A DNA stretch of 64,000 nt from Cyanophora paradoxa CCMP329 (Eukaryota > Plantae > Glaucophyta): contig QPMI01000102.1 in assembly GCA_004431415.1 (NCBI GenBank), positions 156,644 to 220,643 of the forward strand, read 5' to 3'. Shown here piece by piece: positions 49,101 through 59,446 of this stretch. The notes beneath the pieces were generated by a model. That model did no database searches. It was not told where the DNA came from and saw nothing but the letters and a program-made list of their open reading frames with translations. The position numbers and the translations under genes are program-made. Within the stretch, counting starts at the first letter, position 1. Each line of letters opens with the position of its first letter.

Positions 49101-50246
49101 GAGGAGAAGTGCCGACAACGCCGATTGTAGAGAGCCCGCCGGAATACGGTATGCCGGCGACCACGTGCTGGACTCGCTCGTCCAGTAGTCTGTCAAGCTG
49201 GCGATGCCGGTTTCATTGACGGTAAAACCCAATGTTTCCCGCATCCGGTGCACGTAATCTGACAGCATGCGGTGCAACGCCGGGTGGAGATCGACGACGT
49301 GCGTGGGGAAGGAGCTGGAAAGAATTCCCCACTGTGCGACGAAGAAGGCAATGCCCGCGATGTAGAGGTGGACGTCGAGCGGGAAGGCAATGACGACATG
49401 TTGCCAATCCGTACCCGCGAGGCGTTTGTGAGTCTCGTGAATGATGCCGCCCGGAAGAAGCATGTTGCTTGCACTGATCCCCAGCCGTACGTAATCGATG
49501 GTCCGCGCGTCTTCGCGAGACGGACGAATGCCATTCGTGAGTAGTGTCCACGTGTCCGTGTGGTTTGGATCGTACATGGTGAGCTTGCGCACCCCTCGGT
49601 TCGGCGTGGGGTCGAGGGCTGCAAGAAGAGGCCCGTTGGCGTTGCCGCTGAAGTCCGCAGGTACGTGAAAGAAGGTGCGGAAGGGAGGGGTCTGAGTCGG
49701 AGTGTTGACGGGGTCGGGGAAGAGCGGAGTGGTCGGGTCACCCGCCTCCTCCGAGAGACGCAGCTCCGGAACAAAGCTAGGCTGCAAGGTCGGGTTCGTT
49801 GCAGCCGTGAGATACGACCTGTAGGGGTTGGACGGAGAGGCCTCGTTGGAGGTCGTAATGGAGAACTGCTTGAACCATGTCGTTCCACGGTTGCGCAGGC
49901 GGGGTCCGTCCGTGCGAAGGCCCGCGCCGTACGCGTTGAGTTCCGGATCGCTACGGAAGCGGATGGCCCGATCGCACGCCCGAATGAGATTCTTCGTCCC
50001 CGCGTAGAAGAGACCGTAAAGAGGTCGCAGCGGATAAAACTTGCGGAAGAAGTTGTCGATGTCGGCGTCACCATGCATGAGTCGAATCGCATGGAGACCG
50101 CCCTGAGTGCGATCCAGGGGAAGGTCGCCCTCCTGTGGATCTGGGTTGTTGGTCCTCTCCACGGGGCGCTCAGGACGCGTGAAGATTTCCGAGATACACT
50201 GGGAGCCAGGAATTAAGTTTACCACATGGTAAACTTGCAACTTCAC
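46176..50246 (-). CDS. ~1,200-aa uncharacterised region followed by a retropepsin aspartic protease; probably the N-terminal part of the same polyprotein as Pol
   Basis: ALVDTGAAADVM and MLLGLSTL protease motifs lie near the C-terminus. Two 1-nt frame shifts at ~46215-46270 restore TLVRLAQTVTLP-PGEALVRCHV and join it to Pol. Confidence 0.85.
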   Translation of the reverse strand: MKLQVYHVVNLIPGSQCISEIFTRPERPVERTNNPDPQEGDLPLDRTQGGLHAIRLMHGDADIDNFFRKFYPLRPLYGLFYAGTKNLIRACDRAIRFRSDPELNAYGAGLRTDGPRLRNRGTTWFKQFSITTSNEASPSNPYRSYLTAATNPTLQPSFVPELRLSEEAGDPTTPLFPDPVNTPTQTPPFRTFFHVPADFSGNANGPLLAALDPTPNRGVRKLTMYDPNHTDTWTLLTNGIRPSREDARTIDYVRLGISASNMLLPGGIIHETHKRLAGTDWQHVVIAFPLDVHLYIAGIAFFVAQWGILSSSFPTHVVDLHPALHRMLSDYVHRMRETLGFTVNETGIASLTDYWTSESSTWSPAYRIPAGSLQSALSALLLKYIIAHNARLVVPRDVHRRVNRNGPNYNTLRQQLNEFKSARLQRWWPNAFTLTDELRELFKSETVTAEQAENLTPTAGFVEVDRNIITAQIRDFINVMRPHVENAMADELDPDTDAWDPFLIRLGAVLYEPDLRLELSNWITRVFNWPSSPSTENYDYSNSLYYTYEAIPPLRYSDSRPDDEDYRRHFPHVYYECSPGPGRWTSPFDGLADGHKVFNPLKFALRHNPATPRVYAIYEAPYADRLPSEQRTADLPATPTRWSMSPSLGPADVDGAPASPPLHPRGYRILRTRRRTLKPVRSRVEGWNATRRLYYAHSIADALRQHTSSTPPDSTSAGLTATGAAAVPTATVTVKMATVTAAVAPDDEMSNADAIWGSDDEMPTAPTSAAEDPPPPDDTGVPSDHPTSPFPWYCGPLPIPRNGLLFVETADFAYSPYSAQGTPYCWIEFALTSPAHQTIIVPRVSLFDDVSFAQSFHMYDWSRLSPSHCVNAQYLARLADELRDTPVVLNTSAGLALELARSQVILTRLAFVMNTLGRPAYDALLYSSLDCVHAQRSRYYVDIILRGDRGLTQAWPILIQYLRKTAPFFRSSLAYETLGPYMDPREITVAQLTVDPGLETDEGAGGVTFGTLTTAHITSCSKRNGARGIRGDLYTQGLGYTDTSTNTARPSPATSPFFWVAAGRLPRTHPPRLALAGARVKRPFTPEWLLKPAPSLVKAMCRKKVNTANLQAPDLHPMATVFKATSTVDPPHFAALQLATHSLLARPGEQFDPHEADLFPSSPSGLAVRLVDPKKALDKRLADARICVRLQVGALIPGQRVKSMRTVLALVDTGAAADVMDGSIADTIEGLQYSNQAPVLLTGFGDNMNAYARVAFVTFKIGNVYIARKILVVAKGLMGDTPMLLGLSTLTALRASISLDTANSGMTILPPGDHTATPYFVPFTQRASPTGARWSVLRKRLRCPWRGPGTMPRPHV

Positions 50247-50582
50247 TCACTTAGGGCTGACTTTACCACACCTGTCTTTACCCCACCTAGGAAAGCCGCG
50301 CGGGGGAGCACTGCTGCCGTGCTAAATGTGCTTAGCTAGGCATAAGTGCATGGGATCCATTGAGCGCCGATGGCCCGGTAGCTTCTGTGGTCCGTCGTGG
50401 ATGCGAGCACAACTCGTCAAGAGAGCGACGCATGCGGGCTGCCTTGACTGGTTCAAGTGTTCTAAAAGGTCGTTTAGAGACGATTTGCAGCTTTTAAGGG
50501 GAGGTTGTTGGGCGGCCCGACCTCGGCCAACTTCACCCAGGCCCGACCATTATGAGCTGGGGCGCAGCGCACAGCGCTTTGA

Positions 50583-51070
50583 ATGCGGTAAGCATTGATT
50601 TCAGCTACGTTACAACCGAAGTACGGCTGCCACATCGGTGCTCTTGAGACCGATGGCTGCAATGGTTGCGTACCGAACGCTCAGACCGAGCGCCGCCGAG
50701 GTAGCCGGCGGTGCTAACGCCTCTAGCTAGCTAGATCGCGTGCTCTAGCTAGTTCTCCGACCGCCGGGTGCCGCCGTTGGAGCCTTGCTGGTGCGGTGGT
50801 CGGACGGGTACCCCCTGCGAGTAGTTCCCCCGGGCAAAGTCGCCGGGGCAAAGTCGCCGGGCAAACTTGCCGGGCGAAGTCGCGGTTTCCGGAGCGCAGG
50901 ATCTGGAGCTGTGTTCTGCTAGCGTCCAAGTGCTGTCGGCGTGGCAAGCGGTCAAAGTGCTGTCGGCGTGGAAGCGTGGCACGTGGCGCTCGAAAAGGTG
51001 CGCCGGAGGCCTTCTTTCCGCACCCATAGCGGCCTTGCGCGTGCGTCCGTGCGGCCTCCCTTGACAGGAG
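50583..51070. repeat. Repeated promoter/5'UTR cassette, copy 1 (others at ~53255-53760, ~56900-57235, partial ~60170-60275)
   Basis: Shared TTGGAGCCTTGCTGGTG, CGGGTACC-(GGCAAAGTCGCCGG)n-GGTTTCCG, two AAGTGCTGTCGGCGTGG, and an AAAAG|GTGCGCC...CCCTTGACAG intron. Confidence 0.9.
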
Positions 51071-51086
51071 CGTCTCTCGCGCGGGG

Positions 51087-52275
51087 CAGCTCCGACAGCG
51101 GAGTAGGCAGTCGGCTGCTTCTTCAGGCGCGGCGGTCTCGGCGATCGCTACTGCGATGTCGGCGGAGCCAAACCGCTCCGTCGAGGTGAGCGTTTTCGCG
51201 GACTTGCGGTACTACCCGTGGGGCATCCAGGACCCTGAAGAGACGCAAGGTACTTGTCGCTTTTGCGACCAGGATGCCATACCATAGAAAACCCCTGTGC
51301 AGTTCCTGTGCGAGGCATGGCTGTGCGATTCACGATCAATGTTTCGGAGTCGTGGCCGGAAGCGTTAGTGGCCGATGTGTGCCGTGAGTATTTCGTGCCC
51401 AAATCCAATGTAGCGCTGTATTGGTACAACCCAGAAACCAATGGATTCGAGCGGCCGGTGCGAAAGTTCCTTGCGTCTGACGATGATTTCTGATGCGGCT
51501 TCCGCGAATTCACGCGTGCGCGTGCATGCGCACAGACATCGAAACCACAGGGACCATCTCCAGGCGATCTCTTCTACCTCACGGGCGACCAATTTCCGCC
51601 GGGAGCGGAGCCCGCACGATACCTGGCAAGATTGGCCGCCCGTTTCTCAAAGGCACCAGCGACGGCAGCGACGCAGAACAGCGATGCTCTAGATATAACT
51701 TCGCTCGTGCCGCCACCGCTCGACACGCGCGGACTCCTTTGTCTGCGCGCGACGCCACCAGTCGAGAATATTAATGAAGGAAACAGCTCCGTAGCGGTGC
51801 ATGTTGTAGCGGACGATTGGAGAATTATGTCAGGTGCCCATTTATCCGTTTCAGAGACATTTCTTACAGAATTAATGGGCCTGTGCAGATCTTGTGCAAG
51901 TCAATGATCCGGATTCGGGTCGTGGCCGGACGCGCTGCTGGCGCGGGCGTGCAGCGAGTTTCTCGTACCGAAAAACAATGTAGCGCTGTATTGGTTCAAC
52001 CCAGAAACCAGTGGATTCGAGCGGCCGGTGCAAGCTTTCTTTGCGTCTGACGATGATTTCTGATGCGGCTTCCGGATCCGCGAATTCACGCGTGCGCGTG
52101 CATGTGCACAGACATCGAAACCTCAGGGACCATCACCGGGTGATTTCTTCTACCTCGCGGGCGACCAGTTCCCGCGGGGATCCGAGAACGAGCGCAGGCC
52201 TCGAACTACCTGTCGCGAATGCGAGCCATGATTGCTCTGGAAAACATCCGCTCAATGGCGACGTATAGTGCTAGC
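51087..52275 (+). CDS. Uncharacterised family member with two tandem domains (spliced, some indels)
   Basis: VRFTINVSESWPEALVADVCREY..VALYWYNPETNGFERP|intron|TSKPQGPSPGDLFYL, then a second copy ..SWPDALLARACSEF..VALYWFNPETSGFERP|intron|TSKPQGPSPGDFFYL. The start codon is not resolved. Confidence 0.6.
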
Positions 52276-52621
52276 TAGCTTCATTATTCCTGATGCACTA
52301 CGCGTACGGCGCCGGCTTCGTCTCGAATACGAATTCGACCAGCATGTATATTCTCTAGTGGTTTTCGCATACATGGCTCTCTAGAGAATTCGAACTCTTC
52401 GATTTATGCGACCGCTAGCGCTCCGCGGCAGCGTTGTCCAAGGCCGATACGCTCATTTGCGGCAAAGGATTCGAATTAAGAAAAATACAGCAATCTCTGC
52501 GCAGACGAATTCGAATCTCTGTTCCGCTCAGCGGCTAGCTATAGCGTGCATGGCGCCGGCGGCCACGACTTCGAATAAGATGCAGCTGTCGGGCCGCTAG
52601 GGGCCTTGAAACGGGCAATAG

Positions 52622-53256
52622 CTAGGATCCGAAAACGGTCGCCAGGAAGGGCGCGTGCTCGACTTCTGGGATCACCGAATCCCTCGCGACGTAGTACAGA
52701 TCATCCGGGATGGCCTGGACTCGACCTCTGTGCACGCGCAAGCGTGAATTCGCGAATGCCGCATCATGATCAGAAATCGAGGGAAGACGGAAAGATATCT
52801 TGCACCGGCTCGAAGTACTCGGCAAAGAACTCGAGGTAAATGAAGCACCGACTTGCTGGGTCGTATCGATACATCATCAGCGCATCAGGGTGCGCGTGGT
52901 ATGTGCTGCGGACGAGTTCACGGTACGCAGCCTCCAGAAGATCTGTCTGCCACGTCTCTGAAACATAGATCTTCAATCTAACAGGCCCTGCGCTGTTTAG
53001 ATTAGGGCACAAGCTTAAGGCATCGATGCAACCGTGGTCGCACCTGTCATATCAGTGATGCCCACCGGAAGGGGCCGGCAGTCCCGAGAACGCGCACCTC
53101 GACAGAGCTGCCCGCGTTCTCGAGCCGCGATCGCGGCGCGTACAGAGCAATCAGCGCTTCCGACTCGGCGACCTGCTCTTCTGTTGGCTCTGGTACTGGT
53201 GGCGCGACCGCGGCTTCCGTGAAGTAACGAGCTGTTTTCGAATACGTTTTCCCCAT
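52622..53256 (-). CDS. Small 3-exon gene of the uncharacterised family (possibly a pseudogene)
   Basis: MGKTYSK..EPTEEQVAESEALIALYAPR..GSSVE|intron|..GPVRLKIYVSETWQTDLLEAAYREL..MYRYDPASRCF..FEP|intron|..DDLYYVARDSVIPEVEHAPFLATVFGS*; small indels. Confidence 0.65.
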
Positions 53257-53762
53257 GCGGTAAGCATCGATCTCAGCTACTTTACAAACGAACTACGAGC
53301 GCCAAGTTGGTGGTCTCGAGCTCGAGACCGATGGCCGCGTACCGAACGCTCAGACGAGCGCCGCCGAGGTAGCCGGCGGTGCTAAAGCTCTAGCTAGCTA
53401 GATCGCGTGCTCTAGCTAGTTCTCCGACGCCGGGTGCCGCCGTTGGAGCCTTGCTAGTGTGGTGGTCGGACGGGTACCCCCTGCGCGTAGTTCCCCGGGC
53501 AAAGTCGCCGGGGCAAAGTCGCCGGGGCAAACTTGCCGGGGCGAAGTCGCGGTTTCCGGAGCGCCGGATCTGGAGCTGTGTTCTGCTAGCGTCCGAAGTG
53601 CTGTCGGCGTGGCAAGCGGTCAAAGTGCTGTCGGCGTGGAAGCGTGGCACGTGGCGCTCGAAAAGGTGCGCCGGATGCCTTCTTTCCGCATCCATGGCCA
53701 TGGCGGGGTTAAGCTGCGCGTGCGTCCGTGCGGCCTCCCTTGACAGATGCGTCTCTCAGGGA

Positions 53763-55400
53763 TGGATGCACACGAGGAGACGAAACGCGAGTTCGAAGAG
53801 AGCGGCCAGGAGCGTGCGGAGAAACGCCAGCTGGAGACTTTCCAAGACGCCGGGGCGAACTTTCCGGAGCGAAGTCGCATGAGCGCTATTAAGCGCCCGC
53901 GTGCCGGAGATGCGTATGATGCGAAGGACGCAAAGGATGAAGTACGCGCGGTCACACTTCATATCGCTACATCCAGCGTGCGTCTGCTCGCTCGCGCTTC
54001 GAATTCTTTGCTCGCTCGGCCACAAATTTAAACCACGCGCGCAGGAGATGCCGTGGTCACTCTCGAAATCTCCAGCCCCGCCTGCATCGTCGTGCGGCCC
54101 GCCGCCGGCGCCCTCTTGCTCGTTTTCTCAGACAGCCGGCTTGCCATTGGCACAGGACCCGGAGCAGAGCACCTTCAAGCCCAAGCAGCGGCTGCCGGCA
54201 GAGGGGCTGGCCATCATCGAGGCCACCCTGCGTGCCCACCAGCCCCGCACGGTCGCATTGCGGCTTGAGAAGTGCGCGCGGCTCCGAGCGCCGCCTCGTG
54301 CACTAAGTGCAGCCCGCAGCGCCCGCCTCGAGGACATTCCGGCATCGCTGCAGGATATCCTCGTCGAGAAGGTTGCGCACATCCACCTCGTCGGCGAGAC
54401 CACGCTGCACCCGTTCCCAGAGGAGAACGCAGAGTCGGCCCTCGTCTATGCTACTATGTCGGACCTTCGCAAGCGTGGGCTGCTCACGATGACCATGTCG
54501 CCCGAGGTGCGGCACGGCCATGGCCAGCTAGCGCCCTCCCTTTCCTCGACCCGCCCATCTGCAACCCAGGTACCCTGGCTCGTGGACCCCCTCAAGTTCG
54601 TTTGCGGCGAGTTGCCACCCTACAACAAGATTTTCCAACGGTTTAACACCTTCATGGAGCACATCTACGGCCCTTCCTGTGAAATCAATCAGGGCAGGCA
54701 CTCGTTATGCACTACGGCGCCGACATGTAATGCGCTACCTCAGTAGCTCTGAAACCTGACTTCAATTAAATAGTGCACGCCTCCGCCTCGCCTATCGCCG
54801 GAGTCGACATTAGCAGTTGACGACGCTCAAATGGCAGGCGCGCGCTTTAGGCGAGAAAGCGCCATCGCTGAGCTACATGAAGCTCTCCACGCGTACATTC
54901 ATGGGTTGCCGCTGCCACAAGGGAGCCGACAAGTCGACAACCGGCATCTTCGATGACAGGTGCATGCACATGCAGTTTTGCGGTCAAACCAGAATTGAGG
55001 AGAAACAGATCAAAAACCAAACCAGAACCAAGCTCGCCAAGATGTTCGAACCAGGGTGAAAGTGTCCAAATGGATTCCTGGTGCGAGGGTATCCGGATTA
55101 GCTATGTGTCACTTGCAGTGATGTGTTCGGCATCGATACCGGTATATTCGGATCCAGGGTATTGATTGAGTTTCCAGCTCAATCGCGAGCGTCTGCAGCT
55201 GGCATGGCTTATGTGAAGGCAGCACAGAAAACCCATCGTGACATTCTTGTGCATGGTACACTCAAGATCTAAATATCGCGCGCAGTGATGTGTTCGGCAT
55301 CGATACCGGTATATTCGGATCCAGGGTATTGATTGAGTTTCCAGCTAATCGTGCGCACACATACATATGTTATTGAGTCCGTTCTGCTAATCCTTATAAT
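53763..55400 (+). CDS. Unknown spliced gene downstream of cassette copy 2
   Basis: Starts MDAHEETKREFEES. Exons such as LAIIEATLRAHQPRTVALRLEK, LQDILVEKVAHIHLVG and VPWLVDPLKFVCGELPPYNKIFQRFNTF are bounded by GT-AG. The 3' end is uncertain. Confidence 0.5.
55115..55346. repeat. Exact 65-bp direct duplication
   Basis: GCAGTGATGTGTTCGGCATCGATACCGGTATATTCGGATCCAGGGTATTGATTGAGTTTCCAGCT at 55115 and 55282. Confidence 0.9.
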
Positions 55401-56246
55401 CTCTGCGAAATGCACTTGCAGTTTGCGAAATGCGAGAGCGCAATCCAAGTTCTTCGAGAGCCTTGAAACAAAGTAGTTTGAATTACACAGCTCTCTCGTC
55501 AAGAACTGCTCCACGTGCACCAGCACAAGACGAGAAGCACATGTTGGTGTCGCATGCAGGTAAAAACCATTGCACGTTAATCAACACATGAATTAATTGA
55601 ATGTATACGCAGGGTTTCTATTCGCTGTTCCCTCTTATGCAGTACGTACACTACAGGAATCTCGATAAATATAGCCAGCGAACAGATCTAGAGCGAAGCT
55701 TACAGACGGTATATCTTTCCAATAGACTATTACCATCCGGACTTAAGCATTTCCTTGCCTCCCAAAACTCTATTGCTAGAATAGTTATAGCAATCAGAAG
55801 GTCAGGTACATATGCACGCAGACATGCAGCTTGTTAAAGATCCGGCCGCGGAGGTAAGGCTCCTAGGAAACGGTACAGGTAGAATTTGTAATGTAGAACT
55901 TAGGTAAGGCTTGGTAGCCCGAGTGTATACGTAGTGGTATCCTGTTCGTGTCGTAGATTTGTTGTGTAATATGATGTGTTAAATATATTTGAATCGTTGT
56001 GTAAAGTTTCGGATTTCCAAAATTCGTGCTGCACTACGGCGCCGGCTTCGACTTGGATCCGAGACGAATGCGACCAGCATGACTACTATATAGTTCACGT
56101 CTCCTGCTACTCAGAATTCGAATTCGAGAAAACAATACAGCAATCTCTGTGCAGAAGAATCTGTGTTTGGCTAGTGCGCATGGCGTCGGCGACCACGAAT
56201 AAGATGCAGCTGCGGACCCGTACTAGGTCCTAGGGATTTGCACTGG

Positions 56247-56872
56247 CTAGGATCCGGAAACGGTCGCCAGGAAGGGCACGTGCTCGATTTTCGGGACCAC
56301 CTCATGCCTCGCGACGTAGAACAAATCATCCGGGAATGGCCCTGTACTCGACGCCTGTGCACATGCACGCGTGAATTCGGGAATGCCGCATCAGAAATCA
56401 AGGTAAGAAGCAAAGATCGCTTGCACCGGCGGCTCGAAGCAACGGCTTTCTGGATCGTACCAATAGAGCGCAAGCCCGCTAACATTGCCTACAGAGTTGC
56501 ATTCGCAGTCCAGGTCGAAGTAAGCCTGGATCAGAAGGTCTGTCTGCCACGACATAGAAACATCTATCCTGACGCGCACTGGCCTGCCTGTTGAGATCAG
56601 GGCACACAATCAGGGCAACGATGCCGGGTTGCAATTGCACGTGTGCACCCGTCTTTTCAGTGACGCGTAGCGGGGAAGGCCGGCAGTCACCGAGAACCCG
56701 CACCTCGACTGAGCTGCCCCGTGCACGAGCCGCGTCGTGGCGCGTATAGAGCAATCAGCACTTCCGACTCTGCGATCTGCTCTGCTGTCGGCGGCATGCG
56801 CAGCTGTCCCGCTGTCACTCCTGACTTCCTTGCAGCTTTGGTAGCGAGCTGTTTTCGAGGTACTTTCTGCAT
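56247..56872 (-). CDS. Small 3-exon gene of the uncharacterised family (possibly a pseudogene)
   Basis: PTAEQIAESEVLIALYAPR / PVRVRIDVSMSWQTDLLIQAYFDL..LALYWYDPESRCFEPP / same intron positions as the other copies; indels present. Confidence 0.62.
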
Positions 56873-57234
56873 TCTGGAACGCAGTCCGACAGCGAGCGAA
56901 CCGAGCGCCGCCGTCTTTGGAGCCTTGCTGGTGCGTGGTCGAACGAGTACCCCCCGGCAGGAAGTTCCCCCGGGCAAAGCCGCCGGGGCAAAGTCGCCGG
57001 GGCAAAGTCGCCGGAGCACTGTCGCGGTTTCCGGAGCGCCGGATCTGGAGCTGTGTTCTGCTAGCGTCCGAAGTGCTGTCGGCGGGGCAAGCGGTCAAAG
57101 TGCTGTCGGCGTGGAAGCGTGGCACGTGGCGCTCGAAAAGGTGCGCCGGATGCCTTCTTTCCGCATGCGCACCATATATAGCGGCCTTGCGCGTGCGTCC
57201 GTGCGGCCTCCCTTGACAGTAGCGTCTCTCAGGG

Positions 57235-58066
57235 ATGAATGCACACGAGGAGACGAAACGCAAACTCGAAGAGAGCGAACAGGAGTTGATTATGAGCTTG
57301 AGACGGAGGAAAGCGGCCCGGCGCGTGCGGAGAAACGTGCGCGAGATGAGGCGTCGCGGCGGCAGCTCGAGAAGCAAGCGTCAGCGGAAGCGGTGGCGGA
57401 GATTCATCGACGTCTGCGGAAGGCTGAGGAGCGGGCTGCAGCCGCCAAGAACGACGCAAGAGCTCTCAGCGACGACGAAGAAGTGGAAGAGCGGCCAAAG
57501 GAGGTTCCGTGTCGTACCTGTGTCGAGAACCATCATCCCCACTGTGCATATGCGCCATCATCCTGGGTATCGAAAGTGCCAGCACTTTGCACGAACTCCC
57601 TATGGACGTTCGGCCCTTCGCTAATTTGGCGCTTCGGATTGCCAAGCTCCACCGGCAGTCGCGGGCCTTCGACATCCTCCCCAGTCGGGCGAGGACAGCG
57701 ATCGCGAAGGAGAAGGTGAGGACACGAATTACTGCACCACCCTGATTGAATCTCTGCCGTCGGAGGGGAGGGGAATCTGGACCTGAACAGTGCGCATGGC
57801 CTTCTGTTTTAATTTACCCCGAGAAATTTTGCTTTCACAGAGCCAGTGATCATGAGCACAGGGGGACTCTGGGAGGACATCTGTATGGTCACCCTCGAAG
57901 GTTTTCAAGTGGTGAAGAGCCCGCTGCGCATGTTTCAGCTCTGTGATGGTGGTTTCCGCGTTTGCGATCCTCTTCATCCGTCGTGGATGAAGCGCTTCGC
58001 GACCTCTGCGGACTCTGCCTCAGCAACAGCGACCTCGAGTTCTTTAGGGACATTTCCAAGCGCCTG
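57235..58066 (+). CDS. Unknown coiled-coil-rich spliced gene downstream of cassette copy 3
   Basis: MNAHEETKRKLEES shares its start with the 53763 gene, then EAVAEIHRRLRKAEERAAAAK. Splice sites and frameshifts are present. Confidence 0.4.
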
Positions 58067-58498
58067 AAAGAAAAGCAGGCCACTGAACAAGCACGCAAGC
58101 ACATTTTGCATGACTTTTGACATCTTGCATGTACCTTTGAACAAGCACGCAATAGTATACTGCAGCTGAAGCTTGAGCACCTCAACTCGGAACCAACCTC
58201 AACGGGCCGGGGCAGGGGGGGCACGTAATTGTATTCGGAAACTTTAACTCTTCGATGGTTTCGCATACATAGTTCTCTGGAGAATTCCAACTCTTCGATT
58301 TATGCGATCGCGGCCGCGGCAGCCATGCCCAAGGCGCTCTGAATTCGAATTCGAGAAGACAATACTGCTACCAATCTCTGTGCACAAGAATCTCTGTTCG
58401 GCTAGCTTGCATGGCGCCGGCGGCCACGCTAGCGTGCATGGCGCCGGCGTGCAATTCGAATAAGATGCAGCTGTCGGACGCTAGGGCCTTGACACTGG

Positions 58499-59126
58499 CT
58501 AGGATCCTGTAACGGTTGCCAGGAAGGGTGCATGCTCGACTTCCGGGATGATTTCCTTCATTGCCACGTAGAACAGGTCATCCGGGATGGCCCTGGACTC
58601 GACGCTGTGCACATGCACGCGTGAATTCGGGAATGCCGCATCAGAAATCGAGGTAAGAAGCAAAGATCGCTTGCACCAGCGGCTCGAAGCACCGCTAGCT
58701 GGGTCGTACCGATAGAGCGACAGCTCGCGGCGATCAATGGGCACCGTGTGCAGCGCAATTCCGGTACGCTTGGGCAGAAGATCTTTCTCCACGTCTTTGA
58801 AACATACAGCTTGATTCGCACAGGCCCTGCGCGTTGCAATTAGGGCGCACTGGCAGAGCAACGATGAACCGGACACATGTGCACTGTCATTTCAGTGACG
58901 CGTGGCCGAGAAGGCGGCAGTCCCGAGAACGCGCACCTCGACAGAGCTGCCTCGAGCTCGTTCTCGAGCCGCGGTAAACGTCGCGCGTGTATAGAGCAAT
59001 CAGCGCTTCCGACTCTGCGACCTGCTCCGCTGTTGGCTCTGGATCGGGTACGAATCGTGAAGTAGGCGGTGCTTTCTTTGGTCTGGGTCTAGTGCCGAGA
59101 ACTTTGCGGGGAGCTTTGCTTGACAT
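58499..59126 (-). CDS. Small 3-exon gene of the uncharacterised family (possibly a pseudogene)
   Basis: EPTAEQVAESEALIALY / GPVRIKLYVSKTW / LSLYRYDPAS / DDLFYVAMKEIIPEVEHAPFLATVTGS*; several 1-nt deletions. Confidence 0.62.
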
Positions 59127-59446
59127 TGCTCTAGAGATGCGCGGCCGCAACGTTAACCCAATGCCTTAATGTTTACCCCCGGTGGGATTACCCCTGGGCA
59201 TACTGACCGTGACTTCGTTCGCGATTCAGCTCTGTGATGGTGGTTTCCGCGTTCGCGATCCTCTTCATCCGTCGTGGATGAAGCGCTTCGCGACCTTCGC
59301 GAAATCAATGCGATACATTAAATCGCGACGAAAATTCGAATTGACAAAACGAAGTACAGCATTCCTGTTCAAATATCGTGCATGGCGTCGGCGGCCATGA
59401 ATTCCAATAAGATGCAGCTGTCGGGCCGCTAGGGCCTTGGCACTGG

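Larger units (their letters stand above)
38514..50580 (-). mobile_element. Giant Ty3/Gypsy retrotransposon with no paired LTRs found
   Basis: Domain order PR-RT-RH-INT. The right boundary is where homology to the host repeat unit begins (ATGCGGTAAGCA at ~50583 vs ~53255). The left boundary is a guess. Confidence 0.85.

Noticed and set aside
41257-50216. Many alternative-frame and antisense ORFs over the Gypsy polyprotein (also 3799..4731 over gag)
   Set aside because: Shadow ORFs expected from GC-rich codon usage; no motifs.
50247-50345. Dicistrovirus-type IRES upstream of the non-ATG ORF start (AUUU and CAGCC motifs on the - strand)
   Set aside because: Motif spacing is wrong and I cannot find the required pseudoknots.
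40260-50377. Weak inverted similarity between 40260-40312 and 50328-50377 as terminal inverted repeats
   Set aside because: Short, gapped and does not extend; compatible with chance.
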